Below, in pieces: positions 28,501-36,696 of a stretch of DNA of 50,960 nucleotides. The position numbers and the translations under genes were made by a program. The DNA comes from Armatimonadota bacterium (GTDB taxonomy: Bacteria > Armatimonadota > Zipacnadia > Zipacnadales > UBA5352): assembly GCA_046540615.1 (NCBI GenBank), contig JBKHFA010000001.1, positions 1-50,960 of the forward strand, written 5' to 3'. Positions within the stretch are counted from its first letter, which is position 1. Every line of letters starts with the position of its first letter. Under the pieces are notes generated by a model that did no database searches, was not told the DNA's origin, and saw only the letters and a program-made list of their open reading frames with translations.

Positions 28501-29819
28501 GGATGCTCCTCCATCAGGTCCCAGATCTCCATCCATCCGGGGACGTGGAGGTGGCCGATGATGCCCTTCTCGATCCACCGCAGCATCTGCTCGCGGTAGC
28601 GCTCGGCCCACGCGTCGTCGCCGGTGACGAGGTAGACGATGCCGGAGTGCCGCGGGTCATCGCGCGAGCCGTAGTCCGCCAGCGCGAAGTGCAGCGGCCA
28701 TCCCGCGGGGATGATCAGGCGCTCGCCGTAGTCCCACTCGGTCAGCGCCATGTACTCGTCTGAAGCCGCGACCTCGTAGAGTCGGCCGATGACGCCGCTC
28801 TCGGGAATGTGCGCGATGAACTCGTCAGCCGCGCGGGCAAGGCCCTCGTCATCGCTCGCGCCGACCACGACCACGTTCTGCCCGCCCCCGAGCGGGTCGT
28901 GGATTGTCTGCAGATAGTGCCCGGCCTCCCCTGGGAAGCGCCTGTCAACGATCGTGTACCACTCGTTGTAAAGGCGCTCGATCAGCGGGTTGTCCGCGAA
29001 GTTGCCGAGCGCGATCACCGCGCCGTCGTCCGGCAGGTCGGCGTCTGACGAGATCGCGACGTCCGCGCCGGTTCGCTGCTCGATGGCTGCTTCGATGCGC
29101 TCGGCGGCCTGCTGATGGGCTTCCGAGGCGCCGGTGACGATCGTCGCCGCGCGCAGGTCGGTCTGCAGGTGGAGGTCCTTGAGCTGGTCGATCATCGCGA
29201 CCTCACGCCTGGTGATACGCCGCACCGCGAAGTCTTCGACCGCCATCCGACCTGTCGCGGAGAAGAGTACATGCCCGCCGGGAAGCGCAGGCTCGGCGAT
29301 GCCGGACTCGCCGAGGTCCCAGTAGTCGAGCGCAAGGCGATCGTCAACGAAGACGCGAATCCGCCGGTCGAACTTCATGATCGCGACGTCGAACTCTGAG
29401 ACGGCGGTGGTCCCGAGCGACTCGTTGTGATCGACGAGAGTTCCGCCGGGCATCTCAATCAGCCGCAGCTCGGCGGGAGTGAATCTGACCGCGTACGATC
29501 CCGCCTCCGGGCCCTCGTCGGAGACGCAGAAGAATGCGGCGGCCTCTCCGCCCGGCTGCACTCGCGCGGTGAAGGTGATCAGGTGCGGGCGCTCGATCGA
29601 CTCGTGCGACGCCGCGGTCCCGTCGCGCTCAACAATCAGTCGGCCCTCCTCCGCGGCGGCCTCCCCGGAGGTCTCCCACGCGTCAATACTCGCGAAGTCG
29701 TCCGCCAGCAGCGGCTCAACCTCGAGTATCTGCGTGTCGAAGCGCAGGGTCTCCGCACCCGCGACTGCCGTCATCGCGAGCAGCACGGCGGCGATCGGCA
29801 CAGCATGAGAAATCTGCAT
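25590..29819 (-). CDS. giant secreted multidomain protein (1409 aa): LamG-like N-domain, alpha/alpha-toroid plus heparinase II/III-like core, and a C-terminal FG-GAP/beta-propeller region
   Basis: Signal peptide is present. The N-terminal beta-sandwich region includes IRVFVDDRLALDYWDL. The central region has VYLVTGDDAWAERYREQMLRWI and GASHDYDDTNTIHLYSRNGREYLVTYDG. The C-terminus carries DIDDDGSTEMLLA, DVDGDGVAEIVGG and DINDDGRDEIAFG. Domain names are inferred from motifs only. Confidence 0.6.
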   Translation of the reverse strand: MQISHAVPIAAVLLAMTAVAGAETLRFDTQILEVEPLLADDFASIDAWETSGEAAAEEGRLIVERDGTAASHESIERPHLITFTARVQPGGEAAAFFCVSDEGPEAGSYAVRFTPAELRLIEMPGGTLVDHNESLGTTAVSEFDVAIMKFDRRIRVFVDDRLALDYWDLGESGIAEPALPGGHVLFSATGRMAVEDFAVRRITRREVAMIDQLKDLHLQTDLRAATIVTGASEAHQQAAERIEAAIEQRTGADVAISSDADLPDDGAVIALGNFADNPLIERLYNEWYTIVDRRFPGEAGHYLQTIHDPLGGGQNVVVVGASDDEGLARAADEFIAHIPESGVIGRLYEVAASDEYMALTEWDYGERLIIPAGWPLHFALADYGSRDDPRHSGIVYLVTGDDAWAERYREQMLRWIEKGIIGHLHVPGWMEIWDLMEEHPAFSDEERLAITNFFLTQVRSDECIGALHIQRWPWGMPHQNHGTRPGVGTFFMARYFRHGYDLPEMDVYLGRISDYFGMQDSWSKPMCDSSMHQWEATLEDKAIYALASGETGFFESGAARRAAERALRTMYNAGMLPTIGDAHYASGPYTLLAKCAYYYEDGRYLWPSTRRPDEPRANTDELLRTYIGDIAPEPPEDIVGLSVLPYDRGFWQGWRNLPSPRFFNPPTIEYEQAFDKIAMRTGLDLADEFLLLDGMVGASHDYDDTNTIHLYSRNGREYLVTYDGLFEATIAWHNGVNIIRDGLSTAIPYFAERLHSVDLGDVMISQTRLNDFAQADWTRSVLMAPERYFVVIDAMTAREPGTFTFSGHWKTLGEPQFSADTLTVAQWPLDDGRTEENTTYFHMQTPAERVSHERLEYLTHGRGARYYPFAEPRPNRVTHSSSSTLAAGETDFLATLAHETGAAPDARFRMHSLGQGVVRIDGPGVPAWAGAPRGEVRIGEIVIDADAFHLTPETLVVAGGRRAVIGGVEVLADEESVTEALALDAALGEQLRALLASSAHDIAAGAGEEASSDAELERAWQYDAGGEVSYLRAHLGNPGADVLAPDRQPLPGGLGAVAVPSEAGRVALIEADGSELARAEAGVAVHDVCIADIDDDGSTEMLLARADSTLECRNPDGSTRWLYQPETRQATNTALFIRSNPALYTFVVDGPGGEKTVCVATGDQRLHGLTPDGEPKWTFWSYAGLFGVHGLYDVDGDGVAEIVGGNPEVSSTDALYFLKQEGLSNGRGGDDRYLRRVLNDGWGSTLSSMAIADINDDGRDEIAFGTGRASLYAAAPTMEDDGRLFHHRLGDDVRGTEIIHDADGTALVVTGSSSEFVTAFDASGAKRWSAAVGGPVAEMTSAVAESGEVVVAALAGGEVLVLTADGEVAGRARIDARPTALTVTASDRPLIVVADEAGAVTAFELQRGG

Positions 29820-29898
29820 CAGGCACCCTTTCCGTCAGAGATCGACCTGTCAGAGGACCACCGAGTCACGGACGATGCGGACGGCGCCGGTCTGCTTC

Positions 29899-31215
29899 TC
29901 AGCGCCCCTCCCAGATCGCCCACAGCAGGCGGGAGGCGCTGTCCACGATGCGATCGCCCGCGGCAGGCTCAAGCCGCGTCCACCACAGCGGCTCACCGGA
30001 GTATCCGCCGCCGATGATCCCCGACATCGTCGGGCAGTAGCTGCTGTGTCCGTCGGCGACGCTGACCACGGCCGTCAGCGGAGCGGGGCTGCGGCGCTTG
30101 ATGTCGAGGCCGAAGCGGCAGAAAAGCTCGGTCGGCTGCAGCGCGATCCCAAGGTCCCCGACGCGCAGCGCGTGGACGGGGTTCGTGTCCACCGGGTCGT
30201 CGGCGAAGTCATCATGCAGCAGTGCCCGGCCATGCGCGCGTAACACGTCCCACGCGGCCACCTCTTCGCCAGCGTCAACCCGCGCCAGCACCTCGCGCGC
30301 CTCCGCCAACTGCTCGGGATCAGGCAGGCGCACGTCAAGCTGCAGGTCCTCGTAGCGGTGGGCCAGCGTCACGCCCTCGTGGAAGGTCGCCTCATGCAGC
30401 AGCCGGAGCGTCTCGCCCGCCAGCAGGTGGGCCTGCCGCTCCATGCGCTGCTCGGCGGTCTCGCCGCGGGGCTTGTCGAGGACCTGCGTGGTGTTGGCGA
30501 TGTCGCCGAACGCGCCGTTGAGAAAGAGCACCGGCAGCGATCCGAGGACGTCGCGGAGGTACTCCCGGGCGGCGCCGGGATAGTCGGCGGAGAGGAAGTC
30601 GCGGCCGTAGAACGTCGTCGGGTGCGCGGTGTTGTTGTGCATGATCACGATCAGTTCATCGTCCTCATCGACCGCGAAGAGCGCGATCTGCTCGGGGTCC
30701 TCGGGCCCTTCGAGGCCGATGAACTCGTCGGCGCCGCGCTTGCGGTGCATCGTGTGCGTGCCGTCTGACCAGCAGACGCGCCGGTTGTACCCGATCTTCG
30801 CGCGGCCACTGCCCCACCCGATCCGCGCCGGTCGCGCACTGTCCGCCGCCTCGGCCGCCACCTCGCCGAGCCAGCCGTCGAGGCGCTGGTGGTAGGCGTC
30901 GTCGATCTCCTTGAAGTAGCTGGTGGGCAGGACGGAGGGCCCGGTGTGCGTGTGCGTGCAGGTGATAATGACGCCGCGTTCGGGCAGGTCGGCCGCTGCG
31001 GCCATCGTGCGGCGGAAGCCCTCCACGTACTCCGGCAGCAGCGCGCCGAGGTCGCAGCTTACGAGCAACACGGCCTCATCGTCGCCGCGCAGGAGCATCG
31101 CGTTTGCCTCAAGGTCGTCGCGGATGCGGCTGACGGTCTGATCGACGCTCGCGCCCTGGATGGGCGTTCCGAGGTCATTGTTGATGATCCGTGTTGCAGC
31201 TCCGACTTTCAGCAT
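29899..31215 (-). CDS. neutral/alkaline ceramidase N-terminal-domain-like hydrolase
   Basis: The product starts MLKVGAATRIINNDLGTP, then VLLVSCDLG and ITCTHTHTGPS. ATG 31215 is preceded by GGGAGAG. The track ORF (to 31692) overlaps the divergent gene's start region. Confidence 0.6.
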   Translation of the reverse strand: MLKVGAATRIINNDLGTPIQGASVDQTVSRIRDDLEANAMLLRGDDEAVLLVSCDLGALLPEYVEGFRRTMAAAADLPERGVIITCTHTHTGPSVLPTSYFKEIDDAYHQRLDGWLGEVAAEAADSARPARIGWGSGRAKIGYNRRVCWSDGTHTMHRKRGADEFIGLEGPEDPEQIALFAVDEDDELIVIMHNNTAHPTTFYGRDFLSADYPGAAREYLRDVLGSLPVLFLNGAFGDIANTTQVLDKPRGETAEQRMERQAHLLAGETLRLLHEATFHEGVTLAHRYEDLQLDVRLPDPEQLAEAREVLARVDAGEEVAAWDVLRAHGRALLHDDFADDPVDTNPVHALRVGDLGIALQPTELFCRFGLDIKRRSPAPLTAVVSVADGHSSYCPTMSGIIGGGYSGEPLWWTRLEPAAGDRIVDSASRLLWAIWEGR

Positions 31216-31237
31216 GACTGTCTCTCCCGACCGTCCG

Positions 31238-31266
31238 ATGATATCACGCCCCGCGTGGCGGTCAGT
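31238..31266 (-). promoter_or_regulatory. candidate extended -10 promoter for the ceramidase-like gene and downstream genes
   Basis: On the minus strand: TGaTATCAT (31246-31238), with CTGACC 16 nt upstream. It lies about 23 nt before ATG 31215. Confidence 0.3.
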
Positions 31267-31378
31267 TCGGGCCGGGGAGCAGTGATACCTGCCCCCGGCG
31301 GAGGTCACGACCTGATCTGCGAGGAAGCCTCGCGCGAACGCCGCGTCGATCCGCGTTGCTTTCGAGGCGAGGCGAGCG

Positions 31379-33355
31379 ATGGCAGAGCCCCGCGTTGTGT
31401 CGGAGCAGAGACCTGTCGACGACAGCACCGGCCGGCGCCTGACTATCCGGGCGCTGGGCTTCAGCGTGGCCACGGCCGCGGTCATCGGCTTTCTCTTCCC
31501 GTGGGCGAATCTCGTATTGCGCGGCACGCGCCCCGCCAACACCTCACTGCCCTTCGGCATCGTCGCCCTCTTCTTCATACTCGTCGCAGTCATCAACCCG
31601 CTGATCAAGCTCGCGAGCACGCGCCTCAGCCTCCGCCGGTCGGATCTGCTGGTGGTCTTCGTCGCCGCGCTGCTGGCATCGTCAGTCGTCACCTGGGGAC
31701 TGGTCGGGCAGCTTCTGCCGATCCTGACCGGCGCGCATTACTACGCGACCCCGGAGAATCACTGGGATGAGTTGATCGGGCAACACACCGTCGAGTGGAT
31801 GGCGGTCACGGACGAGGCCGCTGCCCGGCATTTCTACGAGGGCGCGCCCGCGGGCCTGGGAGTGCCGTGGCAGCCGTGGCTGCTGCCGCTGGGGATGTGG
31901 GCGGTCTTCATCGCGGCGCTCGCGGCGGCCACCATCGGCCTGATGATACTCGTACACCGGCAGTGGATCGATCATGAGCGGCTGGTCTACCCGCTCATGT
32001 GGCTGCCGATCGAGATGGCCGACCACGAGTCGCGCGCGGCGCTCTGGCCGACGCTGCTGCGCAGCAGACTGCTGTGGATCGGGGCGGCGCTGGCCATCAT
32101 CCCGTCGGTGTTCATCGGCCTCCGGCATTACTACCCGGTCGTGCCCGAGCTTGACCTGCGCTTCGATGCGCGCATCCCGATCGAGCAGGAGCGCATCCTG
32201 CTGCGCATGTGGACGAACTTCGCCGTCATCGCCTTCTCCTACCTCATCAACGCCGATCTCGGCTTCAGCCTCTGGTTCTTCGCGCTCTTCAGCGCATTTC
32301 AGACGCCACTGATGCGCCTGATGGGCGTGAGCGTCGGCGCGAAGGAAATATACTCGTCGGGATCGCTGGCGGTGTCGAACCAGGCGATGGGCGCGATGAT
32401 CTTCCTCGCGGGCGCGAGCCTGTGGGCGGCGCGTGAGGACATCGCGCGCGGCTTCCGCAACGCGCTCGGCGCTCTCGGCGCACAGGGCGCGGGCAAGAAC
32501 GAATCGACGGGCGCGGCCGGCGCGCTCTGCCTCGCGGGCGGACTCGCGGGGATGACCTGGTGGCTGATGGCAAGCGGCCTCTCCGCGGTCGCGTCGATCC
32601 TGCTGATCTTCGCGGCCTTCGTCACATTCCTGGCGCTCACCCGGGCCGCGGTCCAGGGTGGAGTGCCGGTCTCGCGAGCCGCGCTGATCCCGCAGTCGTT
32701 CGTGCTGCACGCGCTCGGCAGCCACGCCGTCGGGCCCGCGGGGATCGCCTCGCTGGCGTACTCTTTCGCGTGGGGCGCAGACATCCGCGTCTTCCTGATG
32801 CCCTTCGCGGCCCACGGGCTGAAGGTCTGGCGGGAGGCGGGGGTGCGCCGCCGCAGCTTCCTCCCGCTGGCGGCGCTGACGCTGGTCGTCGCGCTGAGCG
32901 TCTCCACGCTCACCACGATGACTCTGGCGTACTCACGCGGTGGGGTGACGCTCAGTTCGTGGCTCTTCGGCGGCTGCCCGCGGGCGGCGTTTACCTACGC
33001 CGCCTCGGCGCTGCAAAATCCGGTGACGCCGAGCCTGAGCTGGTGGCTGTGGATGGCCGCGGGCGCGGCCGTCATGTGGGGGCTGACTGCGATGCATATG
33101 CGCTTCATCGGCTGGCCGCTGCATCCGCTGGGCTTCGCCGTCGCGCCAACCCAGCCGGTGCAGGACCTGTGGTTCTCCATCCTGATCGGGTGGCTCACCA
33201 AGACCGTCACGCTCCGCTACGGCGGCTTCCGCAGCTACGATCGCGGGATCCGGGTCATGCTGGGGCTGATCCTCGGCCAGGCGCTGGCGTGCGCGGGCTG
33301 GCTGGTGGTGGACGCCATCACCGGGACCACGGGCAACCTGATCTTCGTGTATTGA
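31379..33355 (+). CDS. large polytopic membrane protein (about 14 TM) of unknown function
   Basis: 658 aa with hydrophobic helices throughout and no recognised transporter signature. Divergent from the ceramidase-like gene. Confidence 0.7.
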   Translation: MAEPRVVSEQRPVDDSTGRRLTIRALGFSVATAAVIGFLFPWANLVLRGTRPANTSLPFGIVALFFILVAVINPLIKLASTRLSLRRSDLLVVFVAALLASSVVTWGLVGQLLPILTGAHYYATPENHWDELIGQHTVEWMAVTDEAAARHFYEGAPAGLGVPWQPWLLPLGMWAVFIAALAAATIGLMILVHRQWIDHERLVYPLMWLPIEMADHESRAALWPTLLRSRLLWIGAALAIIPSVFIGLRHYYPVVPELDLRFDARIPIEQERILLRMWTNFAVIAFSYLINADLGFSLWFFALFSAFQTPLMRLMGVSVGAKEIYSSGSLAVSNQAMGAMIFLAGASLWAAREDIARGFRNALGALGAQGAGKNESTGAAGALCLAGGLAGMTWWLMASGLSAVASILLIFAAFVTFLALTRAAVQGGVPVSRAALIPQSFVLHALGSHAVGPAGIASLAYSFAWGADIRVFLMPFAAHGLKVWREAGVRRRSFLPLAALTLVVALSVSTLTTMTLAYSRGGVTLSSWLFGGCPRAAFTYAASALQNPVTPSLSWWLWMAAGAAVMWGLTAMHMRFIGWPLHPLGFAVAPTQPVQDLWFSILIGWLTKTVTLRYGGFRSYDRGIRVMLGLILGQALACAGWLVVDAITGTTGNLIFVY

Positions 33356-33383
33356 GTCCGGCAGCGCCGCGGACGAGGCTGCC

Positions 33384-33893
33384 TCAGTCACCCGCCGCCG
33401 GGAGAAGCTCGACCAGCAACTCCTCCAGCTCATCGAGAGCCTGCGCGACCGGCTTGCTCATCTCGTCGCCGATCCCGAGCGCGTCCATCCTCGGCTGCAC
33501 GCCGAGCACCCACGTCTCCGCGCCCGCGTCAAGCTCGATGAAACGCGCCATCATCTCCAGCGACGGCCGATGCGTCACACCGGGGGTCGGCGGCACGTCC
33601 TTCGCGGCCACGAGGTGGACCTCACCCGGCTCGCCGTGGAAGTCGATCGCATCAAGCACGATCACCACGTCCGGCTTCAGGTCGGCGGCCTTCACCGCGT
33701 AGTCCTCGGGCAGATCGTGCGTCACAAAGACCGTCGGCTCGATCCTGTGCTCGATGCGCTCGCCGAGCGTCACTCCGAAGGCGTCGTCGCCGCGCACTTC
33801 GTTCCCCACGCCCATCAGCACGATCCTGCGGTCGGCGATGAGGGCGGTGAGTTGCTCGCGGATGGACTCGGGCTCGTCAGTGACTGGCGACAT
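33384..33893 (-). CDS. hydrogenase maturation endopeptidase homologue (HybD/HycI/FrhD family)
   Basis: IVLMGVGNEVRGDDAFGV, VVIVLDAID and GVTHRPSL follow the family pattern GxGN..xDDxxG / D / H. ATG 33893 is preceded by AGAGGGA. No hydrogenase subunit gene is present in the window. Confidence 0.75.
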   Translation of the reverse strand: MSPVTDEPESIREQLTALIADRRIVLMGVGNEVRGDDAFGVTLGERIEHRIEPTVFVTHDLPEDYAVKAADLKPDVVIVLDAIDFHGEPGEVHLVAAKDVPPTPGVTHRPSLEMMARFIELDAGAETWVLGVQPRMDALGIGDEMSKPVAQALDELEELLVELLPAAGD

Positions 33894-34019
33894 GTGCAAT
33901 TCCCTCTGACAGGCTGTCGATGCAATAAATGAGATCTTCACCATCCGGGACACCAAGGCTTCCGCGGTGGCAGGGCTGCGACGCTCTGCGCGGACCGAAA
34001 GCCGCTTGCCGGTGCCTTT

Positions 34020-34042
34020 GTCTTCCGGAGGTCGGGCCTGCC
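34020..34042 (+). repeat. copy 2 of the 23-nt intergenic motif
   Basis: gtcttccggaggtcgggcctgcc, preceded by TTT as in copy 3. The 3' part forms a hairpin: gtcgggcctg pairs with caggcccgac (34031-34052). Confidence 0.4.
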
Positions 34043-34398
34043 CAGGCCCGACGCACCGCACTTGACGGACGGACAAGGCCGCCCCTCCGGACGGATACGC
34101 GACAAACGATCGGGCCTGCCGCATCGTCCGCGGGTCCACGCCACGACCGCGGGCTGGAAGCCGTATTCCGGAAATCAGAGAGCGCTCAACGTCCAACCGC
34201 TGCCGTAGTCGTAAGGCTTACCTTTACCCGCAAGTTGAGGCAACGCTGTTTGCCGTCAGGAGGGGCCGCTTTTCCGACGCCGCCCACGGCGGCGGAAAAG
34301 TGCTGCCGAGTGTCGTTTGCGAGGCAGCAGCTTCCATGCCGGCCCACGGCTTCCCGCTCCCCGGACGGCCTGCGACAACGGTGGGCCGGGGTGGAACC

Positions 34399-34429
34399 TG
34401 ACGCCTGCGTAAACGGCACGCAGGCGTCA
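34399..34429 (-). terminator. strong hairpin downstream of the beta-helix gene (no U-tract)
   Basis: 12-bp perfect stem: TGACGCCTGCGT (34399-34410) pairs with ACGCAGGCGTCA (34418-34429), with a 7-nt loop. It lies 138 nt past the stop at 34567. Confidence 0.45.
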
Positions 34430-34566
34430 CCCCTGCGACGATGCTGGCGCATCGCGCAGCGGCGGCCCCTCCGTACGACCTTGTGGCGCCACACTCACGT
34501 TGATACCCTCGCAATTTCTCGAATATGAGTGGAAGCCCGCGCGGGAGAAGACGCAGGGCTGCGACG

Positions 34567-36579
34567 CTACTGCGCGGGGACCAGCAGCGTGGTCCCGGCC
34601 GGAGCGAGCACCGGCGGGACTCCGCGCAGGTCCACGTAATGATCCTCCCATGTGATGTCCGAGGGCTTGCGAATCTGCAGCGTCCAGACTTCGCCCCGGC
34701 TCGGCTCATCAAGCTCCACGTGAAACTGATGAAGCTCGAACTGATTGTCCACCTCGCCGACGACCTCGCCGGTCGGGTCGAGCAGCGTGGCCGCAAGCGC
34801 CTCGCCGGCGTTGTCACCGAAGACCCGGACGCCGAACTCCTCGGTCCCCTCGGGCACGTAGAATATCACGTCCTTGTTCATGCCGATGAACCTCACGGGC
34901 CCCTCGGCCCCGCTTATGTTCAGCGGATGTGACGAGTCGCTGAACTGAAAGCGGTTGCTTCCGGCGTCGAGTGACATCGTATACACGCCCGTCTCCGGCG
35001 CGCTGAAGGTCACCTCGGTCTCTTCCTCGAAGGCCGCGCCCGCCTCGTGGGCCACCTCACCGGAGGGCGCCACGATCTCGATCGGCATCTCCGTCCCGCT
35101 GCTCTTGCCGACCTGCGTGTAACTGACGGTGAAGCTCACCTCGTCATCCTCATCCGCGTAGAGCAGGAAGTCGCCACTTCTGCGGATGACCGGCCAGCGG
35201 GCGTCGGTGGCCGCCTCCGGTGAGTCAGGCGCGAGCGGGACAAGCTCCCCCGTGTCGAGGCCCAGGCGCGGGATATCCTTGATCTGCGTCACCGGCATCC
35301 ACTCGGCGAGGACCTCCTCGGTGAGTTCGACGTTCGCGCGACTCCCGTCCTCGTCCACGAGGATCAGATTGCCGCGTATGTCCTCAAGCGCGGTGCCGCC
35401 CGCCTGATCGACGTAGCGCATCGGAACGCGATCGATGGCATCATGCACTTCCACGTCCACGAACTCCACGCCGCCGACCGGCGCGTCCGCGCCCATCCGC
35501 GACATGAGCATGATCGGCGAGCGCGTCTCGGCGGATCCCGCGGTGTTGATGAGTTTGCAGCGCTCGAAGCGCACGAGACCGCGGGCCGCGGGCTTCACCA
35601 CGCTTATCCCGGGCTGGCGCGTGTCCTCGAACACGCAGTCCACGAACTCGATGGTGCCGGTGACCGAGCCATCGAGCGTCGCGTCGGTGATGACTCGCGC
35701 GCCGTGGCCGAGGTCGCCGACCGAGCGGCAGTTCTCAATACGCACCGAGACCGGCGTCGACTCGGCCGTCATCGGGCGCAGGTAGAACGTATACCCGCTG
35801 GAGTTGTTGTTCTCCGTCAGGCAGTTGCGCATGACCACGTTCACCAGCCGCTCCTCCGGCCGGTTGGGCTCGAAGTCGATGCCTGCCTGCGGCGGGGTCC
35901 CGGAGGTGTTGCGCATGATCGTGTCCTCGATCAGCACGTTCTCGGCGGTGATAACTGAGATGCCCTGGCGGTAGTTGTTGTCACACACGACGTCCTTGAT
36001 GTGTACGTCGGTGTTCGTCGCAGCGCCGCTGCCGCGCCCGAGGTAGATCCCGTCTCCGCCACTGTCCCGGAGGGTCAGTCCGAGGACCGTGATGTTCGAT
36101 GAGGCGCGGATCGCGAGACAGTGCCGCCACTCCGCCTTGTCGTAAAGCTCGGGATCGTCATAATCCTCCTGCCACATGCGGAAGGTCGCGCCGTAGCCGC
36201 GCAGCGTCACGTTCTCAACGTTCCGCGCGGTGAAGAGCGTGTCGTTGCGCGCCTTGAACTCCCCGCGCTTCGCGAGGATCTCCACGCCCTCCTCGAAGAT
36301 GATCTCCTGGTTGCTCGCAAGCTCGATGGGCGTGACCACCCACGGTGTGCCCATGTCCTCCACCACGAGCTTCTCAACGCCCGAGTTGATGGCGGCCTGC
36401 AGCGCCTCGGTGGAGTCCTCGGCGTCGAATCCCCACCACGAGGCATTCGCCTCATCGACCTCGCCCGCGAGGCACCGGTCGATCATCTCCTGATTCACCT
36501 GGCCCACAGCAGCACCGCACATCAGCGCCGCCGTGAAAACCGTCATCGTGATCAGCGTGATTGCTCTGCGCATCATCAT
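34567..36579 (-). CDS. secreted right-handed parallel beta-helix protein (pectate-lyase superfamily fold) with C-terminal beta-sandwich domains
   Basis: Signal peptide MMMRRAITLITMTVFTAALMCGAAVG. Beta-helix coils include NNYRQGISVITAENVLIEDTIMRNTSGTPPQAGIDFEPN. Confidence 0.75.
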   Translation of the reverse strand: MMMRRAITLITMTVFTAALMCGAAVGQVNQEMIDRCLAGEVDEANASWWGFDAEDSTEALQAAINSGVEKLVVEDMGTPWVVTPIELASNQEIIFEEGVEILAKRGEFKARNDTLFTARNVENVTLRGYGATFRMWQEDYDDPELYDKAEWRHCLAIRASSNITVLGLTLRDSGGDGIYLGRGSGAATNTDVHIKDVVCDNNYRQGISVITAENVLIEDTIMRNTSGTPPQAGIDFEPNRPEERLVNVVMRNCLTENNNSSGYTFYLRPMTAESTPVSVRIENCRSVGDLGHGARVITDATLDGSVTGTIEFVDCVFEDTRQPGISVVKPAARGLVRFERCKLINTAGSAETRSPIMLMSRMGADAPVGGVEFVDVEVHDAIDRVPMRYVDQAGGTALEDIRGNLILVDEDGSRANVELTEEVLAEWMPVTQIKDIPRLGLDTGELVPLAPDSPEAATDARWPVIRRSGDFLLYADEDDEVSFTVSYTQVGKSSGTEMPIEIVAPSGEVAHEAGAAFEEETEVTFSAPETGVYTMSLDAGSNRFQFSDSSHPLNISGAEGPVRFIGMNKDVIFYVPEGTEEFGVRVFGDNAGEALAATLLDPTGEVVGEVDNQFELHQFHVELDEPSRGEVWTLQIRKPSDITWEDHYVDLRGVPPVLAPAGTTLLVPAQ

Positions 36580-36620
36580 CGTCCCCTCCGGTTCAACGTC
36601 CTGGTGCGCCTGACTGCTTC

Positions 36621-36650
36621 ATTATACACGAGAGGTCGTCGCGGTGTCGC
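36621..36650 (-). promoter_or_regulatory. candidate sigma-70 promoter for the beta-helix gene
   Basis: On the minus strand: GCGACA (36650-36645), an 18-nt spacer, then TATAAT (36626-36621). GGAGGGG SD precedes ATG 36579. The -35 element overlaps the upstream hairpin at 36644-36667. Confidence 0.45.
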
Positions 36651-36667
36651 GTTGGCCCTCGCGACAC
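36644..36667 (-). terminator. hairpin after the FG-GAP gene
   Basis: 8-bp perfect stem: gtgtcgcg (36644-36651) pairs with cgcgacac (36660-36667). It lies 30 nt past the stop at 36697. Confidence 0.4.
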
Positions 36668-36696
36668 GTGCGCCTGTCACGAGTGAGCCCCCGCCG

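Noticed and set aside
29899-31692. Long N-terminal extensions of track ORFs (29899-31692, 33384-34196, 9812-10894, 24699-25562, 4909-5967, 44971-45906, 39997-40719, 17108-18931)
   Set aside because: The extensions overlap neighbouring genes or non-coding DNA and encode junk. They also lack an SD, whereas internal ATGs have GGAGG-type SDs and give family-typical N-termini or signal peptides.
33894-34566. Possible RNase P RNA, tmRNA, SRP RNA or tRNA in the long non-coding gap
   Set aside because: I looked on both strands for GGAAAGTCCGGGC / ACAGAACCCGGCTTA (RNase P), GGTTCGA(A/T)TCC T-loops and a CCA-type 3' end (tmRNA, tRNA), and GGTCCGGAAGGAAGCAGC (SRP). None is present beyond 6-7-nt chance matches. 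A covariance-model scan is still needed to exclude other families.
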